NCBI GenBank assembly: GCA_045837725.1
Contig: JBEWZL010000300.1
Coordinates: 372,001 to 436,000 of the forward strand
DNA from: Vermamoeba vermiformis
Lineage: Eukaryota
Length of the DNA stretch: 64,000 bases
Direction: 5' to 3'
Positions 63,711-64,000 of this stretch are shown here, piece after piece. The notes beneath the pieces are model-generated. The model saw only the letters and a program-made list of their open reading frames with translations. It had not been told where the DNA came from and made no database searches. The position numbers and the translations under genes are program-made. Each line of letters starts with the position of its first letter. The stretch's first letter is position 1.

Positions 63711-64000
63711 TTACAGCTCTAGTTCGTAGTCTTCACCATATAGAGCAGCTGCGACTTTAATTCGTGAGGCTTGATTACGTTCTAGTTGGATGGATTTGCC
63801 AGTCGAACCTTTGTTCTTCTGGGTGTGCGTTCTGATGCGAAATCTATGCCCCGACGCGGTAGTAATAGCTTTTGTGATATATTTTGTCGTGCTTAATATC
63901 AGGAGTTTCGTTGGTTGGACCAGCCAATACCTGAATCCATTTTTTGTAACTGGTCACGTGGAGCCGGGCTCTATACTGTTTGCAATGAAGCGAGGATTTT
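63711..64000 (-). pseudogene. Tandem paralog of the eS30-like gene C-terminal part, frameshifted; 5' end outside the window
   Basis: RIRTHTQKNKGSTGKSIQLERNQAS..YGEDYE is nearly identical to the neighbour; upstream homology (KWIQ...KHDKI) lies in another frame. Confidence 0.65.

Noticed and set aside
1-64000. CRISPR arrays, prophage or bacterial operons
   Set aside because: None seen; the sequence is eukaryotic with spliceosomal introns throughout.

Overview
Gene-dense, intron-rich eukaryotic nuclear DNA (mostly 45-60 nt GT-AG introns with CTAAC/CTAAT branch points and short intergenic spacers). The style suggests a free-living protist, possibly an amoebozoan; this is inference only. About 28 protein-coding genes can be reconstructed by hand-splicing. 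They include insulysin, MnSOD, aconitase, a RluB-type pseudouridine synthase, COG3, F-box proteins, an FGD-type RhoGEF, GST, GPx, Ras/Arf GTPases, TMEM43, a GBP, VID27, a FANCB-like gene, a GABA aminotransferase and an S41 peptidase. Main points of interest: (1) one spliced gene fuses a catalytically degenerate saccharopine-dehydrogenase (Lys1-like) domain to a full C-A-T-R aminoadipate reductase (Lys2-like); (2) long introns carry cargo: 5S rRNA, tRNA-Ala plus initiator tRNA-Met, a snR51/SNORD41-like C/D snoRNA, a Tc1/mariner-like MITE with structured interior and an intact PIF/Harbinger-ISL2EU-type transposon; (3) U12-type minor introns, one clearly AT-AC; (4) a GBP GTPase fused to a coiled coil and a LEM-like domain; (5) a DEG/ENaC-like two-TM protein, eS30-derived paralogs and stand-alone cullin N-terminal genes. 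All family calls come from recalled motifs; no database search was run.
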